Both the position numbers and the translations under genes were made by a program. A DNA stretch of 64,000 nt from Raillietiella orientalis (taxonomy: Eukaryota), in the NCBI GenBank assembly GCA_036172245.1, contig JAYWIR010000028.1, forward strand, positions 372,001-436,000, in the 5' to 3' direction. Below, one piece after another: positions 23,000-36,472 of this stretch. The notes under the pieces were generated by a model that was given only the letters and a program-made list of their open reading frames with translations, ran no database searches and had not been told where the DNA came from. Positions within the stretch are counted from its first letter, which is position 1. Every line of letters begins with the position of its first letter.

Positions 23000-23450
23000 C
23001 TTATTGCTGCGACACGCCATTTTTCTGCCAGCGCGTCCTGGGGATGACGTCGGATTCCATGATGTTATCCAAGGTGGACGGCTGAGATGAACTGCGTGTT
23101 TGGTATCTGCAGCTCGAGCAGCGTGCTAGCGTGAGTTGTTGCATAGCTGTCAGCCGTTTCCACGGGAACAGCCCCTTTGGCACAGGGATGCTTCAGTTTG
23201 GTTCCACCACTCGATGCAAGGTCCGGCAGGGAGCGGCTTCGCTTTTGGAAGCCCTCAGGCAACTCGTCCGCGCACGTGATGCATCCGAGTACCATTCGCT
23301 CTCCTCCCGCTGCACTCTGCCTTCTTGAAGCTGGAAGCAACGCACGTTCCTACTTGGCTACTTGGGAATCCCTACTTGGGAATTCTTCCCGGATCCTTTG
23401 CATGCGCTATTGGATTCCCACACTTCTTCTTGCAGTACCGTTCTAGTCCA
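23000..23450 (-). pseudogene. Inverted C-terminal copy of the putative tyrosine-recombinase-like gene
   Basis: ALLPASRRQSAAGGERMVLGCITC...TADSYATTHASTLLELQIPNTQFISAVHLG...SDVIPRTRWQKNG. Forms a diverged inverted repeat with 22378-22690. Confidence 0.55.
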
Positions 23451-25496
23451 CGCGCCACCAAATCTTCTTGCAGCTGAGAACTGGTGCGGTTGAACAGGAA
23501 GGCAAGTTTCCTGCGCCTACGGAAAGCGCTTTCCTTTCACCAGCACTGATATTTTTGTGACCTCTGTTTTTGGATTTTCGGTTTTTCGCCGGCTATCATG
23601 AATTAAAATCATCGAAGCCTTCTCCTGACCCATCTTAGGATAGGGATGATGGTCATCTGTGTTCTCTCTCCACAGGTCGATATTTCGCTTGAGCGAATTG
23701 TGGAGAGGGCTGTACTAAGCACGACCTAATTACTTGAACCGAAAAAGAGTGGGGCCCGAATTACTGGGCGATGGGATGGCACTGCAATTACTTGGAGCCC
23801 AGAGAGGCGCTTTCCCACCCACGCCACCACCTGCTCCGGAGTGGTAATTCCATGCCCAGTCAGCGTCTCGTGTGTGTGAATGCTTACTGAATACCGAATG
23901 ATAGAAACACTTGCCATTCCATAATAAACTTGATGTTGAATCAGAACCAGGGACGAAAGCATTAGCTACCAGTGCTCCAAAAGCTTCGAATTAAGATAGC
24001 GTTTAAGAGCTGCTTTTTTTTTTTTTTTTTTTTTTTTCCTTATAGATTTTAACTTTTTTCGTGACAGAAGGTGATACGCACGCTAATGGAATAGGTGAAT
24101 CATCACGAATGTAAGTCGATCAGTAATGCAAGAGATGGTCAAAAGCACCTTTTACCCATTGGAATACTTGCGAAATACCGGTTGCGAGCAATGAGAATAA
24201 TGAGGGATGCCAACTTTTGCCTCTGTTTTCTTCTCGATGATGCATATTACTAAAGCCAAACTACCAAACTGCTTGGTTTGTACTTTTCCTCTATGGAAAT
24301 GATATTGAAAGCTCGAGGTCCAAAACAAAAAATGATGCACCTTTGGCGAGTAAAATTTCGAAAGAAAAAAAAAATTCAAAGGTATAATAAGATTTAGACT
24401 TGTCGAGAAAAATATGAATCTCTATAGTGGGGACTCGACAAACAATGTTGTGCTAGGAACCACCTCAATACCAAAAAACACGAAAATAAAGGAATATATT
24501 CAGTATATTAAAAAGTAATCTAATAAGCAGGAAATGATTGAAGCAGTAAATTTTAAATTAGAGTCCTGAGTTATATGTATCTTTTAGTGCTTACACAACT
24601 GACCACTTAAAGAGATTTTATGGAATCCAAAACAGACATTAGGTTCATACAGTAAAAAGTCAGTCCTTTTCATTTCAGTACAGATTTTTTAAAATTCTCA
24701 TAATGATTTTTTATCACTTTTTGAATCTAATGTTCAGATCAGTTATTCTTGTGAATGAGAAGTAAATCATTCATGCCAAGGCATTCCAATATATCAATCA
24801 TGAATAATGACAGAAAGAAAATTCTAAAAATAGAAAAACTTCAAAGTGCTTTACAAGGGAAGATGAATTGGTATGCATGAAAAAGAAAAGACATGGGATT
24901 TGTATTATTCTGTGGATACATGAACTTTAGTGTCTCAGTAACTAGTCATGTATGTAATTAATTTAAGGTTTGAGTTCCCAGAAATCCCATTACACCACAA
25001 AAATGTAATTCTTAGTCGCTGAAAGTAAAGTAATTCACAATGAAAGACTAGTTGTTTCTCGTTATTTAATTTATCATTCCATATTTCAAAATAAGAATGT
25101 GCGCTAGTTTGTTGGCATATTTCCACTATGTTAACCAACAGTAACTTTAAAGCAGTTTTAAAATCATTCTGTCATGTACACTGCTGATGATCGGCAGCTT
25201 AAAGTAAGGATCTGTTATCTTCTATTGCTGTAAAAAAAAATGCTACCCCTTGAATTTTTGTGTTTTTTGATTATTATGTTGTAAGCTTCATCTGTTGATA
25301 TGGCATACTGCCTTTTACCACAACTTGTAGACAAAATACCTTTGAATTATCCAATTTTGTGTCAACTTCAACAGTTATCAATAAAGCGACTTGCCGTTCA
25401 TCTGGTTATAAGTGATGGATTTTGTTCCCAACCCTTATAGAAAAAGTGTTTCGGATAGCTAATTTGCTGGAGATTGAATGTGCATAACAGTGGAAT

Positions 25497-26758
25497 ATGG
25501 CAGTGGTGGGTTACGAACCATTTTGTAAATCATGTTGACACAAGTCTTCTTAGTTCTTATCAGGGTGTGAGAAATATTATGATGAATGGGTCAGATTAAA
25601 TGTGGGTGGCAAAGTGTTTTATACAGCTCGAAGTACTTTGACCCAGAAAGAACCAAACTCAATGTTGGCAAGGTTTTTTTTTTTCTTTTAAATTTACGAA
25701 TTTTCCCTTTGGAATTTCCCCAGAATGTTCAGTGACGAATGGAGACAACATGACAAACCTGGGTCATTAAACCGTAGAGACTCCACAGGTGCTTATTTAA
25801 TTGATAGATCACCAAGGTATTTTGAACCAATTCTGAATTATTTGCGATCTGGTGTATTGGTTTTGGAAGCAGGAATCAATCCTGAAGGTCACTTTTCAAT
25901 GCATAATGAATGTTCCTTATTGTTTTCATATTTCTAGGTGTAAAACAGGAAGCTTGTTTCTTTGGTATTGAAAGTATAATACCACAGTTGGAAAATATTA
26001 TTAAGATACCTCCGTATGAAAAAGAATGGCAACCTTTAAATCGTAGAGAAGTAATTGCTGCCCTCATACAAACATCACATCATGAAGAATTGCGTTTCCA
26101 AGGAGTTAATTTAGCAGGTGCAGATCTGTCACAATTGGATATGCGCAACATTAATTTTAAGGTTAGCAAACAAAATCTCTTTGTACAAATATGCAATTAA
26201 AGTCTAGTATGCTTGTTTGCAAGGATGCAAGTTAAAGGGAACTAATTTAAGTAAATGCTGTTTAGAAAGGGCAGATCTATCACATGCAATCTTGGATGGT
26301 GCCCAGCTATCAGGTGTGCGGCTCCTCTGCACTAATCTAGAGAATGCCAGCATGAAAGATTGTGATTTTGAAGGCCCTCAAGGATCTCATGCTGACATGG
26401 AAGGTTGCTCATAAAAACACAGACACTTTTTTGTTCAGAATGTGCTAAAAATTTACTGTAGGAGCAAATCTCAAAGGATGTAGTTTGGAAGGCAGCAACA
26501 TGACTCGAGTGGATCTTCGAGTAGCAGTACTAAAAAATGCAAACTTAAGAAATTGTGATCTTAAAGATGCTACATTGGCAGGAGCAGATTTAGAGGTAGT
26601 GGTGATGCAGCTGATTATAACATTAATAACAGAAAGTACAGAATGCAGATCTTACAGGTAGCAATTTACAGGGAACAAATCTGAGAGGTGCCAATCTGAA
26701 AAATGCTATTCTTGCCTTGATGCAAACTCCACTTCACATGTCTCAGGCTATCCATTGA
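25497..26758 (+). CDS. KCTD9: BTB/POZ domain + pentapeptide-repeat protein (KCTD9-like)
   Basis: Exons: a short first exon (start ambiguous, ATG 25478 or 25497), 25564-25672, 25724-25887, 25938-26161, 26208-26403, 26462-26595, 26642-26758. Motifs [52 protein letters not shown], pentapeptide repeats, C-terminal TPLHMSQA. Confidence 0.93.
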
Positions 26759-29700
26759 AGGAATTGTCATTTTAGGTAATTGCTATTTAAGTTGCTGTGA
26801 GATGTAATCTTGATGAAATGGATAATAAAATGCACGTTCTTCTTAATTACAATATTGTCTTCTGGACGAGCAAAAACTGTGTGGATTTAGAAAAGTTTTA
26901 TTTTATTCTGTTTTATTAATACATCCAATTCTGATTGTGAACAATTTAATGCAAAATATGTTAAGCATTGATTGAAATTATTATTACAATAATTATATGA
27001 TTTTTATATGCAAGTTTGAAACTTTGGTGTTTTCATCTTACCTCTATCAGAATAAAGCAGTATTTTCATGTACAAGTTTTGTTATTATACATATCAAGGT
27101 TGTAGTTATGTAATTGTGTACAGCCTGGGAAGATGTTTGACTCTTTTATACTCTGTACTGGATGATTTATTCCTAAGGTAAGGTTGTGCCAACTTTCAGA
27201 GTTCACACATTTTCATCCAATCTCCTTTACAAACATTTTGGATACATATTTGAAAGAATAAATGAAACCAGCATGCATTCCCGGATAACTTTTGCTTTTC
27301 TATTTTAAACTTCTAGCAACAATGTTGTCTTTATTGTCATTTCAACATCTTATGATTATTAATAGCATGAGGAATTGAACTTCAAAGATCTTTTGGTTCT
27401 TTGAAGTTCTTTGACCTTTTGGACCTTGAATCCTGCAGCTCTCGGAAGTAATGGCACTTAAGGATTTGAGAATAAGAGAATGCCTCCTTGTGGCTATTCT
27501 ATAACAAATACAAAATTCTCCAATATCTTGATGTAGTCTCAAGAAGCATTGGAATATGATTGTTCTATAAGGGGCTGAAATGCAAATTAGATTCAAGTTA
27601 AATTATGCAAAGAAGAAATCTTTGATATTTCGAAAATGGTGGGGAAAAACAATTATAAAGTGAAGAATATTTTGAACTTCATCCAACAACTAGCCATGTG
27701 GAGAATTTGGGTCTGAATATGCATAATTCTTTCAGAAGCGTGTTTAAATCCAATACAAATGTTTCTCCTCGCTTTATCACAGAAAATTCCACTGAATATC
27801 ATTAAGACAGAATTGGTTTGGCATACCAATTCCAGTTAGGACTTAGGAATTGAAGATCAGATTTAACGTAATTTCTTGCTGATGCCCAACTGAACTCCAC
27901 CACCACATGAATCAGAAAGGAAATTTTTGAAAATCAGCTATACTACAGATGATGCTGAATCACATGCGTAAGGTCCATGTGAAAACTTGCTGTCAGATCC
28001 ACATGAAAATCTATGTGCCCAAAACTAATTGTGCAGGATAATTAACCATTTAAGGTTAATGTAACGTAGCTGTATAAGAATATTCAGCAAATAATAATAT
28101 ATTATAATAATAAGAATAAAAGTCTGGTCATAGAAGCTTGACGCATTAGCGGATACTAAGTGTCGGGAGAACAGAAAGTTCCTTATAGTCTGTTTTACCT
28201 GTCACATGTATGTATTCACCTGAACTAGTGCCATTGCAATTAATTCGAAAACAATAGTGCTACTGCTGGCCGTAGGGAACAAAAGATCAAAACATGAGGA
28301 AAATAATTTTGATGATTTTTTTCATAGTACACTACGTTTTTTGGTCATCCGCGATTCCGGGAGTAAGCATAGTTGTGAGTTTACAGGAAGTCAATGTACA
28401 TCAGTTAAGATAGAGACATGTAGTGCTTGCATAAAGGCCAAAACATAAGACCATTATTATGGCTGCTGAGAAACTTGGGTTATCACTTTTCTTGCTTATC
28501 TGCATAGGTTGGATGGATTTTCTACATTAACTGACCTGTTATTTGGTAAGGGTCCGGCCAATTCATCAGGGTTCCACTGTGTCACAGTTGTGCCACCAGT
28601 TGCATTCTCTAAATTGCAATAACTATAAATACTAATTTTTTGCATATTTATTTCATACGTGCTTCTTGGCAGAAACACAATTCTTATCATTTTATTGTTC
28701 AGTGTTCTCGAAATAATAGATAGTGAAGTTAATTCCAGTTGGTGAACGTCAGTCGACCGTTAGTCGATGATGAAAGTCATGTCAACTGATGAACTTCAAA
28801 AGCAACTGTCAAATGATACATAGAGCGAGGGAGTAACTTTGATTTTACCAATAATCAAGTCAAAATACAAACGATATTAGGATAGTGTTGTGAAAAATAC
28901 ATTGAAATGGAGCACATGATGAACCAAAACATGGTTGCAAGGATTGAAAAATTCCATATGACATTGATTCAACGTCGTTCTCCTCAATCTGATGATGGGG
29001 GTGATTCAATTCTATCAACATATGTAGACTACACATTCAGGGAATAGAATCTAATAATATGGAACAGACGTATTTTATATTTGAGTGTTTTTTTTTTTTC
29101 CTCTTCCAGGATTTTCCTACGAATGATACGTCTCCTTTTTCTAGAATTCGTCGCTTCTAACTTCTAACTCCTCGATCCAAAGGTTCCTCCTCCTTGCTAT
29201 TATTGTGTCTAATTTCCTACTCTTTGACACCTCTAACCAGTGGTCTCGTACTTTTTTTCACATAACATTTTCAGGATCTTTTTCAACCAGTCTTTGTGTT
29301 ATTTCCGTGGTTGTTCGAATATGCTTTTATGTAACCTTTCCGCATGTATATGATTCTTGAGGAAGGTCTCTAACTCTCCTGTCCATTTGCAGTACAGAAG
29401 GACGTGCTGGTTTTGGTTAGTTCCACGGAGTACCCTCCCTTCAACTCGATTTCGAAGTAGGTTTTTTTATGTACCATATTTTTTACTCTGTTCTATTCTT
29501 GTTTGTCCCTTGCTCTTTCCGGAATGGCGAGAAGCAACATCTTCAGAGGATCGACTTTGACTGCTTCTTAGTGTTTGCACCTTTTAGTCGTATTATGTCT
29601 TTCGAAGGAGTCTTCATCTCCTTTTTTCTTTAAGTTTGATCCTATAAAGGTAACTAGCTCACTTTTTTTAGCTTCAGAGGTCGAGGCTGGAGGATGTGTT

Positions 29701-29779
29701 TCCTGTCTGTGTTTTGCTCCTGGCTACGTGATCTTCGATGGATTATTTTTGCGTGTCTGGAAACTAACAGTTTTCCCTT

Positions 29780-30250
29780 CCAGTCAAAACCAGTCCTAGT
29801 GTCTTCTTTTGATGTGTCTTGAAGGTTGAGAAGTAACACCACTCTGGGAATAAGGATGGCAGGTGACTTGTCTTTTAACGTGATGGTCTAGAACGAACAA
29901 AGACGGTAATATCATGCAGTTATAGAAGAAATCCAAATGATGCCCGGAAAGTTCTTTGCCTGCACGGTGGCAGTTCGTCATCTAAATGTGACCCGGGGTC
30001 TGCGCATATTTGAGAAACTTAATTATCACGGGCGTTTCTACCGAGGAAGCATTTTGAACGATTGTTTTTCTGTACTTTGCCAAACTGGGTGAAATGATGC
30101 TCCCAGACGGCATTCTGAGGAACGAAAGGGCATGCACGGCTGTGGCAGCATTTTCATTCCCACTTGCTTCGTAAGTTTTCCATTTTGGCTGATCTTCCTT
30201 TAGATGCAATCACCAACGAGCAGTACTCTATCGAAGTATACAAAAATCAA
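29780..30250 (-). mobile_element. Very old LINE ORF1-like remnant
   Basis: PFVPQNAVWEHHFTQFGKVQK resembles the ORF1 RRM motif ...yGkV. The downstream knuckle is barely recognisable. Confidence 0.3.
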
Positions 30251-33200
30251 TTCAGGAAGGGTGGAAACGTCTTAACATGTTGAAGTTTACTGTCTTTCTT
30301 TGCATGCATTTCTCGCTTACTGAGGTGTTGCGGATCGTATCCAGCCCCTCGGTGTTCCTCCATACTACACTACGCTATCATTGTCTGGACACTGGCGGAG
30401 ACCCCTGATGAGAATCCTGCGCTCAGATGGATGGGACAGTCACTTCTTTTGGACTCCAACTCAGGAGTCCGAGCAAACTCAGTTATCGAGACCAAAATCG
30501 TGCTCCGGAGCAACTCACGCATACAATCATCGCAGAAGTTTGAAAACTTTTTCTGTGCAGTGCGGCGGTCAATGGACGAACGGTCTCCTTGTTCACCGTC
30601 ATCTCCAAGCCAGTTGAGTGCTGATCCAAGATATGTGGAAAATTTCAAAGCAATTTTGAGGACATTTTTTTTTAAAAAAAAAAAAAACTGTGCTATCGAT
30701 TAGGGAATACATGTAAAAATGCAACTTCATCGAACCACAGCCGATGCAGGGAACTTCACAATTCATGATTGCTTTGGGATTTTGAGAGGGGGTGTTCCAC
30801 AAAATTTACAGTCTGGTGAATACTCAGAAACCTAAACAAAAATACCAGCAATAAAACACCAGGGGTTGCGCAAAACGATCGACGTTTCTTGGAAATGAAT
30901 GGTTGGTTTGCAATTCAAAATCCTATTTCTCTCATAAACAAATAACATTTTTTAACTTGTAGGAAAAGAAGTGCTATTCGAAAGAGTCAACATAAGGGTC
31001 TTCCTTTACAAACATACCCAGTGGAAGTTTTCCGCGGAAACATTTCCGAGGAACCTAAGAAAACACGAATCGTTCAGGATTGATATACTGAGGGTGTTCC
31101 AACACACCTGATCAGCTGAACACAGCTGATGGCTGCTAAGAGTAATCATTTCCGTACTTTCAGAGTTCAACGTGTAATGAGAGGGATTCTTAGTGCGATG
31201 GGCTATGGCGTGGGGCAAAGAAGCAAATTGGTGTGCTTCCTCGGAGATTTCGAAGCGGCATAAATGGCACAAAGTCGAGAATGATCTCCAATCACAAATT
31301 CCTTTGATTTCCGAACATTCAGGTACCAAAAGTGGATCTAAATCCATTGAAGCATGCTGCTTTCAGCGATAAACACGCTACTTGATTTCTAAAAAGCGAA
31401 CGCCGTCACTTCACTATTTGTGAAAATGCAAATTGGAAGTTAAGCTCTGATTTCTTGACTCCATTCGGAAAATTCAGACATCCGCTTACGTTTTTCCGCT
31501 GCTTTTCAAATATCCGATGGAAATGGATCCTCAATGAAATAGCATACTTAGGAGTGCAAATTTTGTTGTTACCCATAAGACAAGTGATTGTAATGTAATG
31601 TAATATCGTGACGGTTCTGCTGAATCATTTTAAAAAACCTGAAACTCTTAAATACATCCAGTATTCTTTACCAAGTTTTCAAATATTTTCTTCACAAGTG
31701 CTTATAGTTTTAATTCAAGCTCTTATTGATACCGTGAAAATGTTATGAATTGCATTTTTTTTTTTTTTTTAAACTTTCATGTGTTGTAGTTCGTTTGCTT
31801 TTGCAATTATTTTTCTGACCTATGAGATGTTTTAAAAATTCCTTGTAAATTGTGCACTAGAAAAAAAAAAAAATAAAAAACACGCTCAACTGATGGTTTT
31901 AGGCTCTTTATTCAATGCTTGCTAAAATCTTTCGTGATTTTAGTACCTTGTAAAGTAAAAATTGATTTCGATTTTACGAAAATAAAAGAAGGTGCAAACA
32001 GGAAATTGAATTTTATCCAACTTGGAAAGTGTACACACTTTTATTCTTTACGGCTCATAAAATGACCTTAAATGGATGGCTTCCGTTCGGTGAGCTCACA
32101 TCAGTTGTTCCGACTCTGAAGAAGTCTGTTTTGGAAATATTCACATGTCACGTACGTGAAAATGCCTTTTTGCCACAAAACCAAAGTGACACTCGAACTG
32201 CTCAACCGATTGTGTGGAAAGGAGCGGTGGCACAAATTCGAAACGGAAATTACCATTTTGCAAACCGGTGGACCATCAGGCGCCACGGATGGCGCAAATT
32301 CTGCGTCTGAAAGAGAGAGTGCTCTCCACGCCATTCTTGCTTAGAATTTCCGATGTGGATGAAGACGTTTCCATCACCGTTCTATATTTTTTTCCCTTTC
32401 GCTGTATGAATAATCTAGTGACACACAGAGAGAATGTTGTTGAGAACGTATTTGTTGTAGTGACACTTGAGAATGGGTGCAGAAATGTGATGCATTCTGC
32501 CTACGGTGCTTCTGAAGTAAAACTTGGAGATCTCGGACGCAGTTTGCAAAGAGAGAAACGGAGAAGAAACTCATGTCGCACACCAACATTCCGCTACTGT
32601 TAATTTTTTGCGTGTTACTCCTTCTTTGAATTTCGAAAACCTGTCACTAGACACAGCTTTGGGGAGTCGATTTGCATGGACAGCAGCTTGACTCCACAAA
32701 TCCACAAAGTTGAAATTTCACAAAATAGTTTCCAACCGTTCCAAAGCCACACGTTTGTAAGAATGGCTGATTCCCAATATGAGCACGTGAAGGCTAAGAA
32801 ATGCTCTGCTCCTGTGCACGTTGATGAGGGGTTTTGGCACAGCTATGCTGCTACCATCTACACAAATGCTTTCAGGATATATCTCGAAATAACGAAATCT
32901 TCGTTGTATAGGTACAAGAAATGAATCCATCCAGTTTGGATGGCATCGATGGCTAAAACTCAAGTGCAAAAAATGTCCCTGGAAAGTGAGAACGTGCTAA
33001 TTGACATGGAATGTTTTTTCGTTAGTAGATTACGTCTCCAGAAGTTCCTGTCTCGTAAAGCAAACATTTTAAACGTTTAGCAACCTTCGCAAATTTGAAA
33101 AACAAGAAGCATGTCCAAAACGGGATAGCAAATTGATGTACAGAGGTAAGACTTATCACCTTTCCACGGGTGGTATCATCTTCAAAGATAAGCAAAAAAG

Positions 33201-34657
33201 TCACAATATCAGGAAGGTTTGGTGCATTTTTTTTTTTTTCATTAATAATAAGGGATAAATTACAGTTTTGTTATTTGTTTCTTCATGCGCTCCATATTCA
33301 GAAAGACTTTCAGTATTAATTATTTCGAAACTTAGTTTTATGATACTCGAACGATTTTTTTCCAGTTTTTATTCGTTTTTCTACAGCTACCGTGTGCATT
33401 TTCCGTAGGGCTGAATCTTCTGAATGCAAACAGCCGGCTACTTATCTTTTCAAAAGCAATCATTCTGCCTAGGGAAGAAGATTATTTATCAGTGGGCCAT
33501 GTAAAATCTTGGAAACTTCGATCAGAATCAGTAATGAGTTATCGACATTTTCTGTAGGTGTTTCTCGGTTACCTCTGTAGGGAATTGTATTTCTGTGGGT
33601 TTCGGCGTCCGAGGTTTCTTGCAAACCTCTAATTAATGTAATAATCGGATTGCATTGGAAAATAATAAAATTCACTCACAGAAAAAGTATACCGTTGAAC
33701 GTATATAGGAAGAGCATGTTATGCAGAATCCGTCTGCTTGATTTCTGTACATCAAGGTACACTGGATTTATCGCGTGAAGGAAAATGCAAGAACCGTTCA
33801 AGAACCTTCAAACAAACTCCTTTCTGCTTTCGAGAAATAGTGAGTGCTGACAAAATCACAATCTCGAAACCCTTCAATGCTTTCTTTAATGATCCTTTGA
33901 CGACAGTAAAGTGAGACACCAGATCTGTGATCCTAAAAAAAACACCCTAATCAGAGAAATGTGTAAAAAAAAGAAAAAAAAAAACCTATTCTTATGGAGG
34001 TAATTATGCAAGTATATCCAGGTTAATACATAAACACGCAGGAGTGATGCTTAGATGATTAGAATGTCTCTGGGATCATAGATCTGAGGTATCACTTTTG
34101 CGTATATACTTTCTACATCTTTGTTGCCATCCTAAATGAATCCAAATTTATCTAAATCCAGACGCTATTTTTCTTCGAAAAAATCTGACGCTTTGATGAT
34201 TATTCAAACGTTTCTTTCACCCATCAATAGACTTCATACCCTGAATTAGAAAGCGAACGAAAAGAATTTGGTAACATCTAGAAACATTCAATATTTGTAA
34301 ACATCCCACAGACATGGTAAATACTGCAGGTCACTGTCAGTGTAGGGCATCTGTAAGGTACGTGTGAGAGGCAGCGCAATTTAGGGGTGTGATGGCTTGA
34401 CAATAGTTTGGTTTCCGTGTCCGATATGAAATGCAAGTAATCTTTTTTTTACATTCCCACAATATGCAATATTATACGTAATCTTATGTTGGAATACGGA
34501 AAATTATTACCGAATTTTTTGTAGCTTCTGGAAATGAATCATTTATTGATGCATAATGTACATGTACTTCTGACATGGTTGAAATAGTGGACTTTGCACA
34601 CACTGATGTAAAGAGAATAACGCTTATATAATTGATGGTGTGTGTTTTATACATAAA

Positions 34658-36472
34658 ATGAACGAAGTCAGACAGCGTTTGGTAGCTGTCACATCAGGTA
34701 ATAACGAACATGGTTCATGCATTCAAGAAGCCCAGGCCGATGAGGATGAACAAAAAGACAAAGTGAGATGCATTTCTCCAATCTTTGCTTCCTCCCTCCC
34801 CTCCCCCATACTAATCTTTTCCCCATCGTTATTAAGTTCAATTTTTCGATTAGAGCAGTGGCGTTGAATCAGATCAAGAGGTTTTGGAAGAAAAGATGGT
34901 GCAGGAATTCGTTAAAGATATTTCAGGAAGTTGTAATAAGAAGGAGAAAATGTTGGATTGCATACTACCTGGTGTATCTCAAAGGTAGCCTGTGGTGAAT
35001 TTTTGAATGTTCATGAATTTCTGATAGGTGGAAAAACTGGATAATCCGAGGAATATTTTCGTCTTTAATGATAATTGGATTCTGCCTCATCATTTATGCT
35101 GGTCCTCTAGCACTAATAGTCACTGTGAGTAGGTGTTACCATATCAGGATATTCACTAATCTTAAGCTTAAGACAATTGTAATTCAGGTGAAGTGCTTTG
35201 AAGAGATCATTAGCATTGGTTATTCTGTGTATCGCATCCATGGACTCCCGTGGTTTCGCTCACTTTCATGGTATTTTTTGATTACATCCAATTACTTCTT
35301 TTATGGAGAGAGTTTGGTGGACTATTTTGGAGTACTAGTACATAAGACAGTAGGAAAGCAACTTTAAAGATACAATCATGATTTCAGAATAGGATTTTTT
35401 ACGTTCTTTGGTCCATTATCATCGATTTGTTTCTTTTTGCCTGTACATTGTCGGCTTTGTGTGGTTCGTCCTCTCATTGGTTAAGAAATATTATCTACGT
35501 CAGTTTTCTCTTTTTGCATGGACTCATGTAGCACTACTTATTGTGGTTACTCAAAGCTACTTGATAATTCAAAATCTATTTGAAGGACTTATTTGGTAAG
35601 CCATTTTTCTAACTAATAGAGTAACTGTTTCCAGGTTTATTGTTCCAGTTTCTATGGTCATTTGTAATGATGTGATGGCATATCTTTGGGGGTTTTTCTT
35701 TGGTCGCACTCCATTAATCAAGCTGTCACCAAAGAAAACTTGGGAGGGCTTTATAGGTGGTGGTATATCCTCAGTGATATTAGGTATTTTGGTGAGTACT
35801 TATCAACACTCATCCGCAGTTTTTAGTTCTCGTATTGTTTATGTCAATATTCTTACTTCATATGCCCTATTGAATATTCTGAGGAACTGCAGAGCATGAC
35901 TATCGACTGTGAACCATCACCATTATTTCGCCCAGAAGAGCATCATCTACCTGAGTGGCTACTAAAGTTGCCGTTTCTGGTAGTATAATTAATTAATTCG
36001 ATTGATTTGTCTTTTTGGGTTTCAGAATTGGCTCAAGGATATCAAATTGACCTTTTATCCATTCCTTTTACATGCATTAGCAATGGCTTTCTTCAGTTCC
36101 ATTATTGCCCCCTTTGGAGGATTCTTTGCTAGTGGATTCAAGAGGGCCTTCCGAATCAAGGTGGGTTTCCCACTGATCTATGTCAGGTGTTTCCTTTGGT
36201 AGGATTTTGGTGATATCATCCCAGGTCACGGTGGTGTTCTTGATAGGTTTGATTGTCAGTTTTTAATGGCTACATTCGTCAATGTTTATATATCCAGTTT
36301 TATTCATGTACCATCACCTCAGAAGCTGCTCCAGCAGGTTGGTGTATTCTGTTTCTTACTCGATTTGTTTGACCATAGAAATCAGATATTTAGACTGAAG
36401 CCAGATCAACAGCTTGATCTATATCTAAGCTTACAAGATGCTTTAATGAACAGTGGCATTCTGTCTGGATGA
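34658..36472 (+). CDS. CdsA: Phosphatidate cytidylyltransferase (CDP-diacylglycerol synthase)
   Basis: Exons 34658-34762, 34854-34984, 35028-35124, 35173-35349, 35393-35595, 35635-35791, 35827-35979, 36026-36160, 36203-36337, 36386-36472. Motifs [66 protein letters not shown] at ~36603. Confidence 0.96.

Noticed and set aside
25305..25325. gccttttacc resembling U5 snRNA loop I
   Set aside because: Flanks do not form the U5 stem and no Sm site follows.
27340..28050. Possible kinase pseudogene on the minus strand (…SYSQILKCHYF…) and a 12-bp hairpin at 27377-27409
   Set aside because: No HRD, DFG or APE motif is recoverable. The hairpin is short and AT-rich.
28440..28690. Minus-strand GT-AG intervals giving a 24-aa peptide
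   Set aside because: No homology and no downstream main ORF; such sites arise by chance in AT-rich DNA.
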